Part shown: in pieces, positions 1-9,806 of the stretch
Position numbering within the stretch: the first letter of the stretch is position 1
Layout: each line of letters opens with the position of its first letter
NCBI RefSeq assembly: GCF_001194135.2
Contig: NC_068999.1
Span: 27,670,177 to 27,705,248, forward strand
Length of the DNA: 35,072 bases
Direction of reading: 5' to 3'
From: Octopus bimaculoides
Taxonomy: Eukaryota
Made by a program: the position numbers and the translations under genes
The notes under the pieces: generated by a model
The model's database searches: none
What the model was told of the DNA's origin: nothing
The model's input: only the letters and a program-made list of their open reading frames with translations

Positions 1-279
1 GAATATGGAATTTAAAAACAGAAACAATTCCTATCATAGTAGGTGCCTTAGGTATAATAAAAAAATATTCAGACAAATACATAACAAAAACACCAGGACT
101 TACAAATATATATAACATACAGAAAATTGCACCACTGGGTACTGCACACATCCTACGCAAAACACTTTCAATACAGTAACCATAAGAGCATCACAGCAAA
201 CCACAGCACATACCCAAGGCGCACAGAGCTGCACTCGGTAGTGAAGTGAAAGAACGTTATAAAAATAAAACTACTGAAC

Positions 280-317
<38 letters not shown>
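1..317 (+). mobile_element. 3' end of an R4/Dong-clade non-LTR retrotransposon (RLE C-terminus, 3'UTR, (AAT)n tail)
   Basis: Frame starting at 3 reads IWNLKTETIPIIVGALGIIKKYSDKYITKTPGLTNIYNIQKIAPLGTAHILRKTLSIQ* (stop 177-179), matching the recalled C-terminal pattern of R4/Dong RLE proteins (W...IPI+VGALG...QK.A+LGTA.ILR). It is followed by a ~100 nt 3'UTR and an (AAT)n run at 280-317. It was missed by the ORF track because it is open at the window edge. Confidence 0.8.
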
Positions 318-319
<2 letters not shown>

Positions 320-417
320 TCGAAAATATACCTTAGGAATGAGAACATTTTGGCTGATATACCCTCTGGCCTTCATCACGCATCTTGGGGAAATTTTGAA
401 CCTGGGTTCTCATTCCT
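318..417. repeat. Rearranged fragment of the PLE 3' repeat (homologous to 24240-24330) with an inverted, decayed hammerhead segment
   Basis: 318-346 (catcgaaaatataccttaggaatgagaac) matches 24240-24267. 347-417 is the reverse complement of aggaatgagaacccaggttcaaaatttccccaagatgcgtgatgaaggccagagggtatatcagccaaaat, the next part of the same repeat. Confidence 0.8.
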
Positions 418-2043
418 GGGAGCTTACCACTTCATGAATATATCAGTGATGTTTAACAAATTTTTCTATTTACTTAAAGATTGTAGTAATTAATGTAATA
501 AGACTTTGTCAATAGAGGAACATTTAGATGTGTAGGTGTCCTAATTATAATGTATCTGATACTGTTTGGTAGATGGTGTTCTGCTTCTGCATTAATTCTA
601 CTTAAATATGCTTTTAAATAGACAATTTTGATAAGATCAGATAAAAAATGTAAATTCAATTAAACTACTTCAACAAAATATTTTCACACTTTTCTTCCAG
701 ATAGTTGTATTATTTTAATGTTTCTCCCATGAAATATGATAAAATGTCTGCTGTGAATTTGAACATAGCAACCATTAAAACATAATCCAATACTTTATCC
801 ATTGTTATTTTGCTTTAGCACCAATTACTATAAAAAAAGTTAATTTTCACTAAAAGTCTCAGTTATTTTTTATCAAGTAACATGTTCAATCTATATATAA
901 CATGGCTAGAGTGACTGTTAAGTCTTAGTGCTATTTCTTCTAACAATTACCAGTAAGATCAGCATTACACCAATTATTTTTTCTAGTTAACTTCTTTGCT
1001 GTTAAAGCAGACATGAATTCTTCAATGCCTTTTCCAGTAAACAGTACAGTGCCATTTGAAGCATATGTCTTCTTCCCCGAGGGCCTGACTCATGCAGCCC
1101 AAACAATGTGCAGATGATATTACATCAGAATAGTGTTCAAAAGTAATATTGAACTCTAGAGAATTCTTATCAAAGTAAAATTCTCATAAGAAATACCAAA
1201 CTTCTCACAATCATAGGCTACATAGAGACTAGTGCCTCAGATTAGTTACACAAAGAAATACACATGCTCAAAATAAAAGATCACCTGGATACAACAACAA
1301 AAATAAACTTTCAGAATATCTTCAAGAAGAATGGCAATAAAAGATAAATCTGAGGCTTGTAATCTGTTTCAAAATACCAATTGGTGTTTATCTTAGAACT
1401 ATCATTTTCAACATTCTGAAGCACTTGCACTATGTGTTCATGATTGGTAAGTGTTGTGATAATAGTTGCTAGATGCCCAGACCACTGTTATTCCAATAAA
1501 TGCTAAAAAAGCACTTCAACTGCATGAACTATAACTAAATGTAACTGGTGATTGAAGTTGCGCACATATGGTATTTCTGTTGCAATATTTCTTGGGCACC
1601 AGCAATTCAGCTAGATATTATTGAAGCACCATCATAGCACTGAGATTTAATATTTTCTAACTTTAGTCTAGCATCTTCAATACTTTAAACAATATAGCAT
1701 TAGCCAAAATTTCAGCCTTTAAGTTTTTGGTCATAGTTAAAGCAATTGGACTTTCTGATATGCCCCCCACCACTTTTACAAACTCTATAATGACTAAGAT
1801 ATTTTTAATATTAGTAGGATCTCATGATCCTACTAATATTATTTGATTGCATTTAATAGTAAAAGAAAGGTGGTATCTGATTGATGAATATCATCACTTA
1901 TTTGATTCAAGACAACATCTTTCATAAATCATATAATTTCATTTTGCATCTTAACAGATGTGTACAATGCATTCTTAAATATCACTGAAGATATTTCAAA
2001 AAGTCATAGAAAAATTTCAAAGACTTTGATATCATTATTGCGA

Positions 2044-2317
2044 TGTGAAGGAGGAAAAGACGGAAGCAGAGAGAGAATTACGGTAGCTTTATATGTCTAT
2101 TTGGAAGGGTCAATCACAACGTCCACATGCTCTGCCGCCCTACCATCTAACAGGTCTGCTCTTGTATACTGTGCACTGCCAACTAACCATTCGTGCTTTG
2201 CCATCCCCGCATGTCCACCGTGGCCCTTCCTGTGGGACACACAGGCCCCACTTCTGATGGGACATGCGTACTCCCTCACTTCTGGTCCTTCCCTACAACA
2301 CAGCCTGGCTAATAACA
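2044..2317 (-). repeat. 3' LTR of deleted Gypsy element
   Basis: tgtgaagg...aataaca, homologous to 3562-3898 and preceded on the minus strand by the G-rich PPT. Confidence 0.85.
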
Positions 2318-2487
2318 ACCCCCCCCCCAATCTGAAGATCATTCAACCAACCTGCCCACACCCAGCTTCGTCCTCTTGTCCATTACTGTTGGCTCCATCC
2401 TCCATAGCAGTGATGGTCTCCTGTGCACATCCAAAACATGACATGACATGCCATCTACAGACACATTGTTGCTCGAATTTACAGAGG

Positions 2488-2832
2488 TTATTGTCCCCTT
2501 TTCCTAACCTGCACAAAGGCATGCTCTTTCTCTTCTGTGGGTTGTGGCGATGCAGTACATGGATGTCTCCATTCATACTCAAATATTGCCCTGTGTGACA
2601 CTGGCTCCTCAGCCTGTCCCAACCTGGGCAACATATTATACCAAATAACTGCCTCGACCAGTGATATGTGGCCCCTCTCTACTATGGTATTGATGGTGCG
2701 ATGATGCCTCTCCACAACCTTTCCCGCCACCACGACGGCCACTACTGGCAACGACCGTATACATGCCTCTATTCTTTTGATAGGACAATTACCGGCACAG
2801 TAGTCTCCCTTAGACCATTTCCCTGAACGCAT
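2488..2832 (-). pseudogene. In-frame fusion of protease N-terminus to integrase C-terminal half
   Basis: SKGDYCAG...SLPVVAVVVAGKVV aligns with SKGDYCTG...LLPVVDILVEGKMS of the related element at ~14540-14660, then switches directly to ERHHRTINTIVERGHISLVEAVIWYNMLPRLGQAEE (integrase core end). Confidence 0.7.
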
Positions 2833-2948
2833 TCACTTGTGATGTGGCCTATTTGTCTGCATTGATAGCAAATTACTCCAGGCTTGGGTTCCTTGCAGTC
2901 TCTCACCATATGCGAACCCTGACACCAAAAACACTGCCCTTTGAAGGG

Positions 2949-3530
2949 TCACACACATTCCTTGTTTGATCCCTCTCTGCCACTCTTTGTTTGACTCCTT
3001 CTCATTGTTGCAGTCACGGCTAGCAGTGTTATCCTGCAACACAAGGTAAGGACTCTGGCCCGAGATACTACTTCTCCCATCACCATGAAGTGAATATTCA
3101 GCAACTTTTGCAGTTCAACTGACATGTGGTCAGGAAATCCTGTCACAAATGCAAATTTAACTGTTTGTTCCAGTCCTTCGTCTTTGTATCCTGCAAGTTT
3201 GGCCAATCTCCTGATTTCATTGGCAAACACATCGACCTGTTCACCCGTCCACTTCACTTTCTGCAGTCGACCATATGCCATGAATGGCCCTTCCGTAAAA
3301 GCCTCCATCAGCTGGACTTCAATGTTTTCTGTGCTTAACTGGTCCTTCTCCTCCATTTCCAGGTATAGCGCCAACGCTGATCCATCAAGGTACAACAGTA
3401 TGAAACTCGCTAGGTCATCTATACTGTGGAGTCTTGCCACCAACTTAATTTTTTTCAACCAAGCGGCAACGTCTCCCTCGCCACAAAATGGTCTAACCAT
3501 CTTGTTCAAAATGCAGACCATACCCATCAT
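2949..3530 (-). CDS. Gypsy Gag (capsid-like), 193 aa, frameshifted before the CCHC knuckles
   Basis: PFCGEGDVAAWLKKIKLVARLHSIDDLASFILLYLDGSALALYLEM, clearly homologous to ORF 15042-15341. The element is non-functional. Confidence 0.8.
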   Translation of the reverse strand: MMGMVCILNKMVRPFCGEGDVAAWLKKIKLVARLHSIDDLASFILLYLDGSALALYLEMEEKDQLSTENIEVQLMEAFTEGPFMAYGRLQKVKWTGEQVDVFANEIRRLAKLAGYKDEGLEQTVKFAFVTGFPDHMSVELQKLLNIHFMVMGEVVSRARVLTLCCRITLLAVTATMRRSQTKSGREGSNKECV

Positions 3531-3561
3531 TTTTTTTTTTTTTAGCTGAAATAGCTTGTAA

Positions 3562-3898
3562 TGTGAAAGAGGAAAAGATAGAAGCAGAGAGAGAACTACT
3601 GTAGTCTTACTTGTCTATCTAGAAGGGTCACTCACAACATCCATGGGCTCTGTCTGCCATTGTACCATCTATCTATGTGGAAGGGGTCGTTCACAACGTG
3701 CACATGCTCTCTCTGCTGCCATACTGTCTAACAGGTTTACTCTCATACGCTGTCCACTGCTAACTAACTGCTCGTGCCTCACCGACCCCACATACCCACC
3801 ATGGCCCTTCCGGTGGGACCCACAGGCCCCACTTCTGACAGGACATGCATACTCCCTCACTTCTGGTCCTTCCCTACAATACAGCCTGGCTCATAACA
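3562..3898 (-). repeat. 5' LTR of deleted Gypsy element, with an internal ~60 bp tandem duplication
   Basis: tgtgaaag...cataaca. The unit ctat..gaagggtc..tcacaac..cca..tgctc...cta occurs twice here (~3615-3730) and once in the other LTR. Confidence 0.85.
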
Positions 3899-5186
3899 CC
3901 ACAGTTATTGTTGTTACCACAGAAAGAAAATTCATTACTGCACAAAAATCAAGTCACTTCTCCAAAGATTGTAAATAGTAGAGATTTTTCTCAGTTGATC
4001 TTCATCTACCAATGTAAATATACTCTAATTGTCCTACATTTCTGCCTTTCACTCCAAAATTTCTTAGCATTTTCATGTGAATTCTCATGCCGCAATAAAT
4101 CCTTCAACTTTGAAATAATTGCCAGCATTTTGGGATAGGGGTGGGGCAAAATTAGGTGTTTTTACTGCATTTTTGACTTTGAAACAAAATATGTTTTTTA
4201 CAAATGTTCACAAGCTTAGTAAAAATATATCAGCTAAGCAAATGGCCTTCTTTAAATGCATTAAAAATATTATAACATAATCTGATCAGTATTTCAGAAA
4301 ACTATCGCCGTTCTCTTTGAGCATATAAAAGACAGATTTAGATGAGGCAAAATGAGTAAACAAAGATAAAGGCAAACTTGTTGCTTCAATTCTCCAGAAA
4401 ACAAACTCATACACATCAATATTCATCCCAAGATATCAGAAGCATCAAAAATGCAAAAAAAAAATTTTTTAATATCTAGGTCAAATGAAAGAGGATCAGG
4501 GAAAACTAGCACATGATTTGAAATTAACAAAACTCAACTAAATAAAAAGAAAACTCAACATAGAATATTATCTTTAGCTTCTTCACAATTTGCTGGACTT
4601 CTCCTCTCCATGATATATTTACTTACCATGCAATTAAAGAGAAGAAATTATTGAAATTAAACATTACTCATCTTACTCGATTTTAGACGTCATTTTTTTA
4701 AATTTGAAAATTCTCAAATTATACATTAGTGTGGGAAAAAATTGACTTGGAATCCAACAGAGAAAAGAATATTGATTGATAAACACCAGAAATTATCAAG
4801 ATATTTTATTAGCAATTCAATTACAATTGGATCACAGTTGAGGAAAAATTTCTTGGAAAAAGAAGACCTGCCACCTGATTCTGTTTCAGAATCACTGAAC
4901 CTCAATGACAACAACTGTGTTGACCAATTTTCACTCCTAAAGACGATGCAACAGTACAAAATAATGATGTAATATTTGCAATGTAATGATTTCAAACAGG
5001 TAGGAAGAAAAAACAAGAAATCAGAAGTTACTCATTTTGCCCCAGTTACTANNNNNNNNNNNNNNNNNNNNNNNNNNNNNNNNNNNNNNNNNNNNNNNNN
5101 NNNNNNNNNNNNNNNNNNNNNNNNNNNNNNNNNNNNNNNNNNNNNNNNTGGCATTGTTTAGGATAATACACTGCTAATTTTTGTAG

Positions 5187-5209
5187 ACATGACACCAAAT
5201 GTAATTCAG
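5187..5209 (+). other. Candidate 23-nt host micro-exon
   Basis: ctgctaat branch-like motif plus ttttgtAG acceptor, then acatgacaccaaatgtaattcag, then a GTAAGT donor. Supported by splice signals only. Confidence 0.3.
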
Positions 5210-5985
5210 GTAAGTGTGAGGAAAATATCAAGTTATTCAGGTTCCCTGAAAGTGATAAAGTTTGGTGTAATATTGCAGATTAATCTGAATATGGTTGAGT
5301 TGAAATAGAAGAAAATTTACTTGTGATTTTCACTAGTTTTAGAATTTTGGTAATTTCCAGCTAAAAATATAGACAAGATTGTTCTTTATCGCTTCATTGC
5401 TTTTTAATTCTAATTAAATAATCTTCTTTTTATTTCAAGCAAATTAAAATAAAAATACTATTAAGAATCGGTATTTTTAAAAAATAGTCTTTTCAGAGGA
5501 ATTTCTCTCAGACAAGCCAAAAATGTCCTTTCTGATTCTGCATTTGTAAGGTTGTTCCACAATTTGGATAAGAAAGATAATTTTATAATTGACATTGTGA
5601 AGTAAAATAAAACAATTATGAAATATCTGAAGAATGTTCTCCTTTTCTGATGACAAACTCAAGTGTCATGTGAAATAAAATACTTCAATAAATGAAAAGC
5701 ATTTTACTTTTCTTATATTGTTAAGTCCTTTAGGAAATAATTATTGCAACAAACCATTTCCTCTCACTTGAAAAGATCAAGCCCTGTGCTTCATACAACC
5801 AATTCATGCATAGTCAGTATTAATAATCCATTAAATTAGACATATTAAAGTCTATGAAGGATGTATTTTATGTAACAGTAGTTGCTGACAAAACTAGTTA
5901 CTTAGAGGAAGTAACCAATGTCTACCTCTCTCATATATACACATACAGACATTTCATCATCACTGCTTCGGGTTTTACCTACATC

Positions 5986-5986
<1 letters not shown>

Positions 5987-6018
<32 letters not shown>
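5987..6018. repeat. (CA)n microsatellite
   Basis: Direct reading of the sequence. Confidence 0.95.
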
Positions 6019-6020
<2 letters not shown>

Positions 6021-6231
6021 GATGTTGATTTAGCTCTGTAAAAGAGAAGCTAAAGCTCCTGCAGACTTCAATTTACCTGCTTCTTCACCACCATTGTGAT
6101 GGATGCACCACCACTGACATAGCAATGCCAGCTAAAGTATTCAAGGAAAATAAAACGGAAATTTTGATTTAAAGGGCAAAACTATAAACATCCTCTATAC
6201 GTGTGTGTGTGTGTGTGAAGGTGTTGATGAA

Positions 6232-6590
6232 GTGGCTGTATGGTAAGTAGCTTGCATCCCAACCTGGGTTCAGTCCCACTGCATGGCATGTTGGGCAAGT
6301 GTCTTCTACTATAGCCTCAGGCTAACCAAAGCCTTGTGAGTGGAGTTGGTTGACGGAAACTGAAAGAAGCCTGTCGTATATATATATATATATGTATATG
6401 TTTGTCCCCCCACCCTCGCTTGACACCCGATGTTGGTGTGTTTACATCCCTGTAACTTAGCAGTTCAGCAAAAGAGACCGATAGAATAAGTGTTAGGCTT
6501 ACAAAAAATAAGTCCTGGGGTTGAATTGTTCCACAAAAGGCGATGCTCCAGCATGACCACAGTCAAATAACTGAAACAAATAAAAGAATA
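6232..6590 (+). mobile_element. tRNA-derived SINE (composite, with internal TA microsatellite)
   Basis: A-box-like TGGCTGTATGG (6233-6243) and B-box-like GGTTCAGTCC (6267-6276). The body ttgggcaagtgtcttctactatagcc...ggaaactgaaagaagcc recurs at 9125-9280, and the tail recurs inverted at 20195-20285. Confidence 0.75.
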
Positions 6591-6619
6591 TCATCAATGT
6601 ATCATATATCCAAAAAAGA

Positions 6620-7310
6620 AGCACGCTCTGAAGTATAGACCAGTAAAGTAATTAAGTTAATGTCTGGTCATAGAGTGACCAATGGTTTTGCACCCACAAA
6701 GGCTGTAGATTTGTGGATGACTCATCAGACTCTAGTCTGAAGACAAATTTAACTTTTCACTTCTGGGAGGTAGAAATCCGTTACGGTCATTGGACATTTA
6801 GTCATCAAAGAATAAATAGCTAGGCATCAGTGAGAACAGGTTATCCCCCTTAGACCAGCTATTTGTGGGCTGTGAGAGGGGGAACAAGGGATTTAGCACT
6901 TGGGCTGCTTTTGAATTGTAAGAACCCTTCCAAGTTTTGTCAGAGAACGGGGAAACCCATGCTTGCAGCAGGTAGTGCTTGAAATGGATGCATGACTTGA
7001 AGATTTTTTTGGCAAGTATTCAGTGACCCAGTTTTCAGGGAGTCTTTGAGTATCCTAGCTTCTTCAGCAATGCAAAGATTGCAGTGTATGCTCTCATAGA
7101 TGTAGGGCCCCAGCCACTCTAAGATTTTCTACTTGATATCATATGGGGTCCCTTCATCTTTGAGACACCACACATGGCTAGCCAAGGATGTGATGAGTCA
7201 TCTTTCCAGGATGCTGAAGGAGGACCTGTGGTTGTTCAAATGTTGCTTGAAGGCTGTCCCAGCTGACTCAATATATTTCTGGACTTGGGTACTGGTTGTG
7301 TTCACATTAC
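6620..7310 (-). mobile_element. 3' fragment of a Penelope-like element: GIY-YIG endonuclease with C-terminal CxLC...CxH motif, 3'UTR and hammerhead (Naiad/Nematis-like signature)
   Basis: Minus-strand translation ~7300-6960: KYIESAGTAFKQHLNNHRSSF...SLASHVWCLKDEGTPYDIK*KILE...CNLCIAEEARIL...LN...SCIH, matching the recalled PLE pattern YIG.T..FK.R..NH..SF...LS..IW.LK...I.W.IL...C.LC..EK..I...LN...C.H. Clade assignment is tentative. Confidence 0.7.
6671..6734 (-). ncRNA. Type-I hammerhead ribozyme motif (G12 mutated to A)
   Basis: Minus strand: UAGAGU CUGAUGA [GUCAUCCACAAA-UCUACAGCC-UUUGUGGGUGC] AAAA CCAUUGG UC ACUCUA. Perfect 6-bp stem I, long stem II, short near-palindromic stem III, GUC site. 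GAAA reads AAAA at a CpG. Confidence 0.75.
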
Positions 7311-7388
7311 TGGCACATTTTTGGTTGGCTCCAGGCCCAGGGATGGTGTTGGTGCCACCAGTGTTGTTATAATATATGTGTCTGTGTG

Positions 7389-7390
<2 letters not shown>

Positions 7391-7435
<45 letters not shown>
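7391..7435. repeat. (TA)n microsatellite
   Basis: Direct reading of the sequence. Confidence 0.95.
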
Positions 7436-7436
<1 letters not shown>

Positions 7437-7437
<1 letters not shown>

Positions 7438-8130
7438 CTCAAGTCACTTAAATATGTTGGATGTACAGTAAACTTTAAGAACACTCTTGATGATGAAATC
7501 AATGTTAGATTATCTAATGCTACAAGTGCTTTTGGAAAACTTCCCATCATTTGTGGGATAAACACAGTGTCAGTCTGAAAACTAAAATAAATCTTGTATT
7601 TTGAGCACACTTTTGTATGGGGTAGAAGCATAAACTTCCTACTACAGACATATAAAAAAGAAGTTGAAACCTTTCACATGTGATGTCTGCACAATATCTG
7701 CAACATAAAATGGCAAGATAAGATATCAAATGTCAAAATCTTTAAAAATGTGATACATCCAGTATCAAAAGCATGCTGCTGGGAATTCAGTGCAGATAGG
7801 TAGGACATGTTCGAATGAAAGATGATCACATCCGGAAAATTCTTTTGTATGGCCAACAAGTAGAGGGATACCATGATAAAGGAAGACCCATCCTTAGGTA
7901 TAAGGATAAGTTGATTGCAATCACTAAAATCTCTACAGCTTAATTTGACATCTTGAGAATGTTATTGCCTAGATTGATCTGCATGGCATAAAATGTTCTC
8001 ATGATGCATCAAAACAATTTCAGTTGAAGAAATAGAACAATCAACAAACACATTTGTCCATTTCCAGGCAAAATTAAAATTGTCCCCATTGTGACTTCAT
8101 AGCAAAATCCATACCTGGACTTGAATTACA
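7437..8130 (+). mobile_element. Decayed RTE-clade (BovB-like) LINE, RT C-terminal fragment
   Basis: Frameshifted remnants LKYVGC...TLDDEINVRLSNATSAFGKL, TLLYGVEA, CLHNICNIKWQDKISN, GHV.RMKDDHIRKILLYG...KGRPILRYKDKL. Confidence 0.75.
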
Positions 8131-8267
8131 TTCACGTATCCATCACAAATAGATGCAGCTTCTTTTATTTTTAAACCTTTTCCCTTTGTTTCTTTTCTTT
8201 TTTTTAAATCATCTCTTTCAAAGACTCATACCGGGAGCAATCATCATATATACATATATATCATCTT

Positions 8268-8350
8268 CATCATCATTTAACATCTGTTTTCCATGGATGG
8301 TTTGGCAGGTGCTGGCAAGGCCAGAAACCACACCAGGCTCCATTGTCTGG
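8268..8350 (-). repeat. Short copy of the RTE/SINE 3' tail ((GAT)n end)
   Basis: catcatcatttaacatctgttttccatgg resembles 9807-9860. Further copies at ~18249-18292 (-) and ~24800-24932 (+). Confidence 0.65.
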
Positions 8351-8486
8351 TTGCTAAATTTAACTATATATATATGCATGGTATGAATGGATATATGGAT
8401 ATATAATTTACAGAAAAAAAGATGAAGACAGGTGTAGGAACAACAAACAGGTGTATTAGTTTAACACTTGGGAAGAATGGAAAAGT

Positions 8487-8522
8487 CTTTTATGTTTCAA
8501 GCCTATGCTCTTTGACAGAAAG
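8487..8522 (-). ncRNA. Possible degenerate minimal hammerhead-like motif
   Basis: Minus strand: CUUU CUGUCAA A GAGC-AUAG-GCUU GAAA CA U A AAAG. The topology of stems I/II/III fits, but the core deviates at positions 6 and 8. Confidence 0.3.
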
Positions 8523-8689
8523 GATTAAGAGGTAAAAAAAGGAAGAGAGATTGTAAAAAAAAGACAGGGAAAAATCTTTTTGTAGGGATCGGCATGATGA
8601 AATAGCCAGAAGAAAGAGGTTGAATGAAAGGGAAATAATGATGGTGACCTGGTCGAACAAATTTATTCATGCGCTTGATGTGTATGTGA

Positions 8690-9115
8690 GAATGGTATGT
8701 GTGAATGTATATGCATGAATGGGGATGAGTGTGTGAGTATGGAAGTGTGGGTGAGCTGAAAAATATGCAGACTTGTATGTGTGTAAGTGACCCAATGCAT
8801 ACAGTATGAGGAGTATATGCATTACATGTACTATTATGAATGTGTTGTGCATATGGATGTGTGTACATATGTGTGTGGTTATCATGTGTGTGCATGCAAA
8901 TGAATTGGCCTGGGTGTGTGTATGTGTACAAGTAACCTAGTGTATGTATTGTGTGGAGTAATGTGCGTTTTGTGTACCTGTGTGTGTCTGTGCATGCACG
9001 TATGGACATATATATGTGTGAGTATGCATACAGATGTGTGTATTTGTGTGAGGCTAATGTGTATGTGTGTGCACATGTGCATGCATGCATGTGCAAACGC
9101 TTGTGTTTAGTAGTT
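8690..9115. repeat. (TG/TA)-rich low-complexity tract
   Basis: Degenerate gtgtgt/gtatgt/gcatgc repeats; these explain the His/Thr-rich ORF calls here. Confidence 0.9.
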
Positions 9116-9124
9116 GATATATAG

Positions 9125-9280
9125 GCAGGCATGGTTGTGTGGCAAGCTTGCTTCCCAACCACATGAGTCAGGGTTCAGTCTTACTGCATGACACCTTTTG
9201 CAACCATCTTCTATTATTGCCCTAGGCTGATCAAAGCCTTGAGTGGATTTGGCAGAGGAAAACTAAAAGAAGCACATCAT
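9125..9280 (+). mobile_element. tRNA-derived SINE, diverged 5' half of the 6232 family
   Basis: ggcatggttgtgtggcaagcttgcttcccaaccac...gggttcagtc...caaagccttgagtggatttgg...aactaaaagaagc aligns with 6232-6372. Confidence 0.7.
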
Positions 9281-9806
9281 ATATATATATATATATATAA
9301 TAATTAAGATTCAGTTGAATTAAGTACTTAGGTTGAGGCATCAAGTCAGTCCAGTATGGTCCGCACAGCTCGAAGCTAGGTGAATAAAAAGCAAAAATAA
9401 GTAACATGGATATTCAGGTGTCAGTGTATTAAGGCTGTTTGAAGTGGCTCCATTTAATCACTCAATGAAAGCATTACATCAATTTGAAATAAACCACTCT
9501 CCTCAGATGCAGATGACATATAGATTTCCAACATAAAGGATATATTTTAATATATAAATTTTACTAAGTTTTGATGCACATCTTTTTCCATACTTTTAAT
9601 TCCCACACTTAGATCTCATTGTGACCTCTTTTGTTTTCCATTTTAGGCCCCTTTCATAATAATATGATAAGTCACTCCTGTCCTTCCTCTTTCTGGTTAT
9701 CACCTCTTCTCTATATATCATTATCTTACTTGCAACTTCTGAGGCATATTCTTTTATGTAGATATGGCTGGTTTTATGGTCTCAATAAAATAGGGGTAGG
9801 GAGAGT

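Larger units (their letters stand above)
2044..3898 (-). mobile_element. Internally deleted Gypsy-type LTR retrotransposon (LTR-gag-PR'::'IN-PPT-LTR)
   Basis: Direct repeats 2044-2317 and 3562-3898 with TG...CA ends; G10 polypurine tract on the minus strand (plus C-run 2319-2328); Gag ORF 2949-3530; integrase C-terminal motifs VERHHRTI...WYN.LPR.GQ and VNSSNNVSVDGM.CHVLDV. RT and RNase H are absent. Confidence 0.9.
474..4010 (-). mobile_element. Decayed hAT-superfamily (Tip100/ZMYM1-like) transposase, interrupted by the LTR element at 2044-3898
   Basis: Minus-strand remnants with frameshifts and stops: NEFSFCG (3916-3936, cf. xELAFRG), NALYTSVKMQNEII (~1932-1973, cf. NAKYTSPKIQNEII), LENIKSQCYDGAS (1622-1660, cf. 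GQCYDGA). The reading continues across the 2043/3899 junction. Outer boundaries are approximate and no TIRs were identified. Confidence 0.65.

Noticed and set aside
1960-2598. 212-aa plus-strand ORF (also 3124-3549, 3643-3978, 14208-14627)
   Set aside because: Antisense or LTR-spanning shadows of the minus-strand Gypsy elements.
4726-5050. Possible exon or ORF before the first gap
   Set aside because: In-frame stop between the candidate splice sites and no recognisable homology.
8503-9162. 219-aa His/Thr-rich ORF and overlapping ORFs
   Set aside because: Translation of a (CA/TG)-rich low-complexity tract; no domain.
9335-9390. Fragment ggtccgcacagctcgaagctaggtgaataaaa resembling a hammerhead 3' half
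   Set aside because: No CUGANGA core and no GAAA; insufficient evidence.
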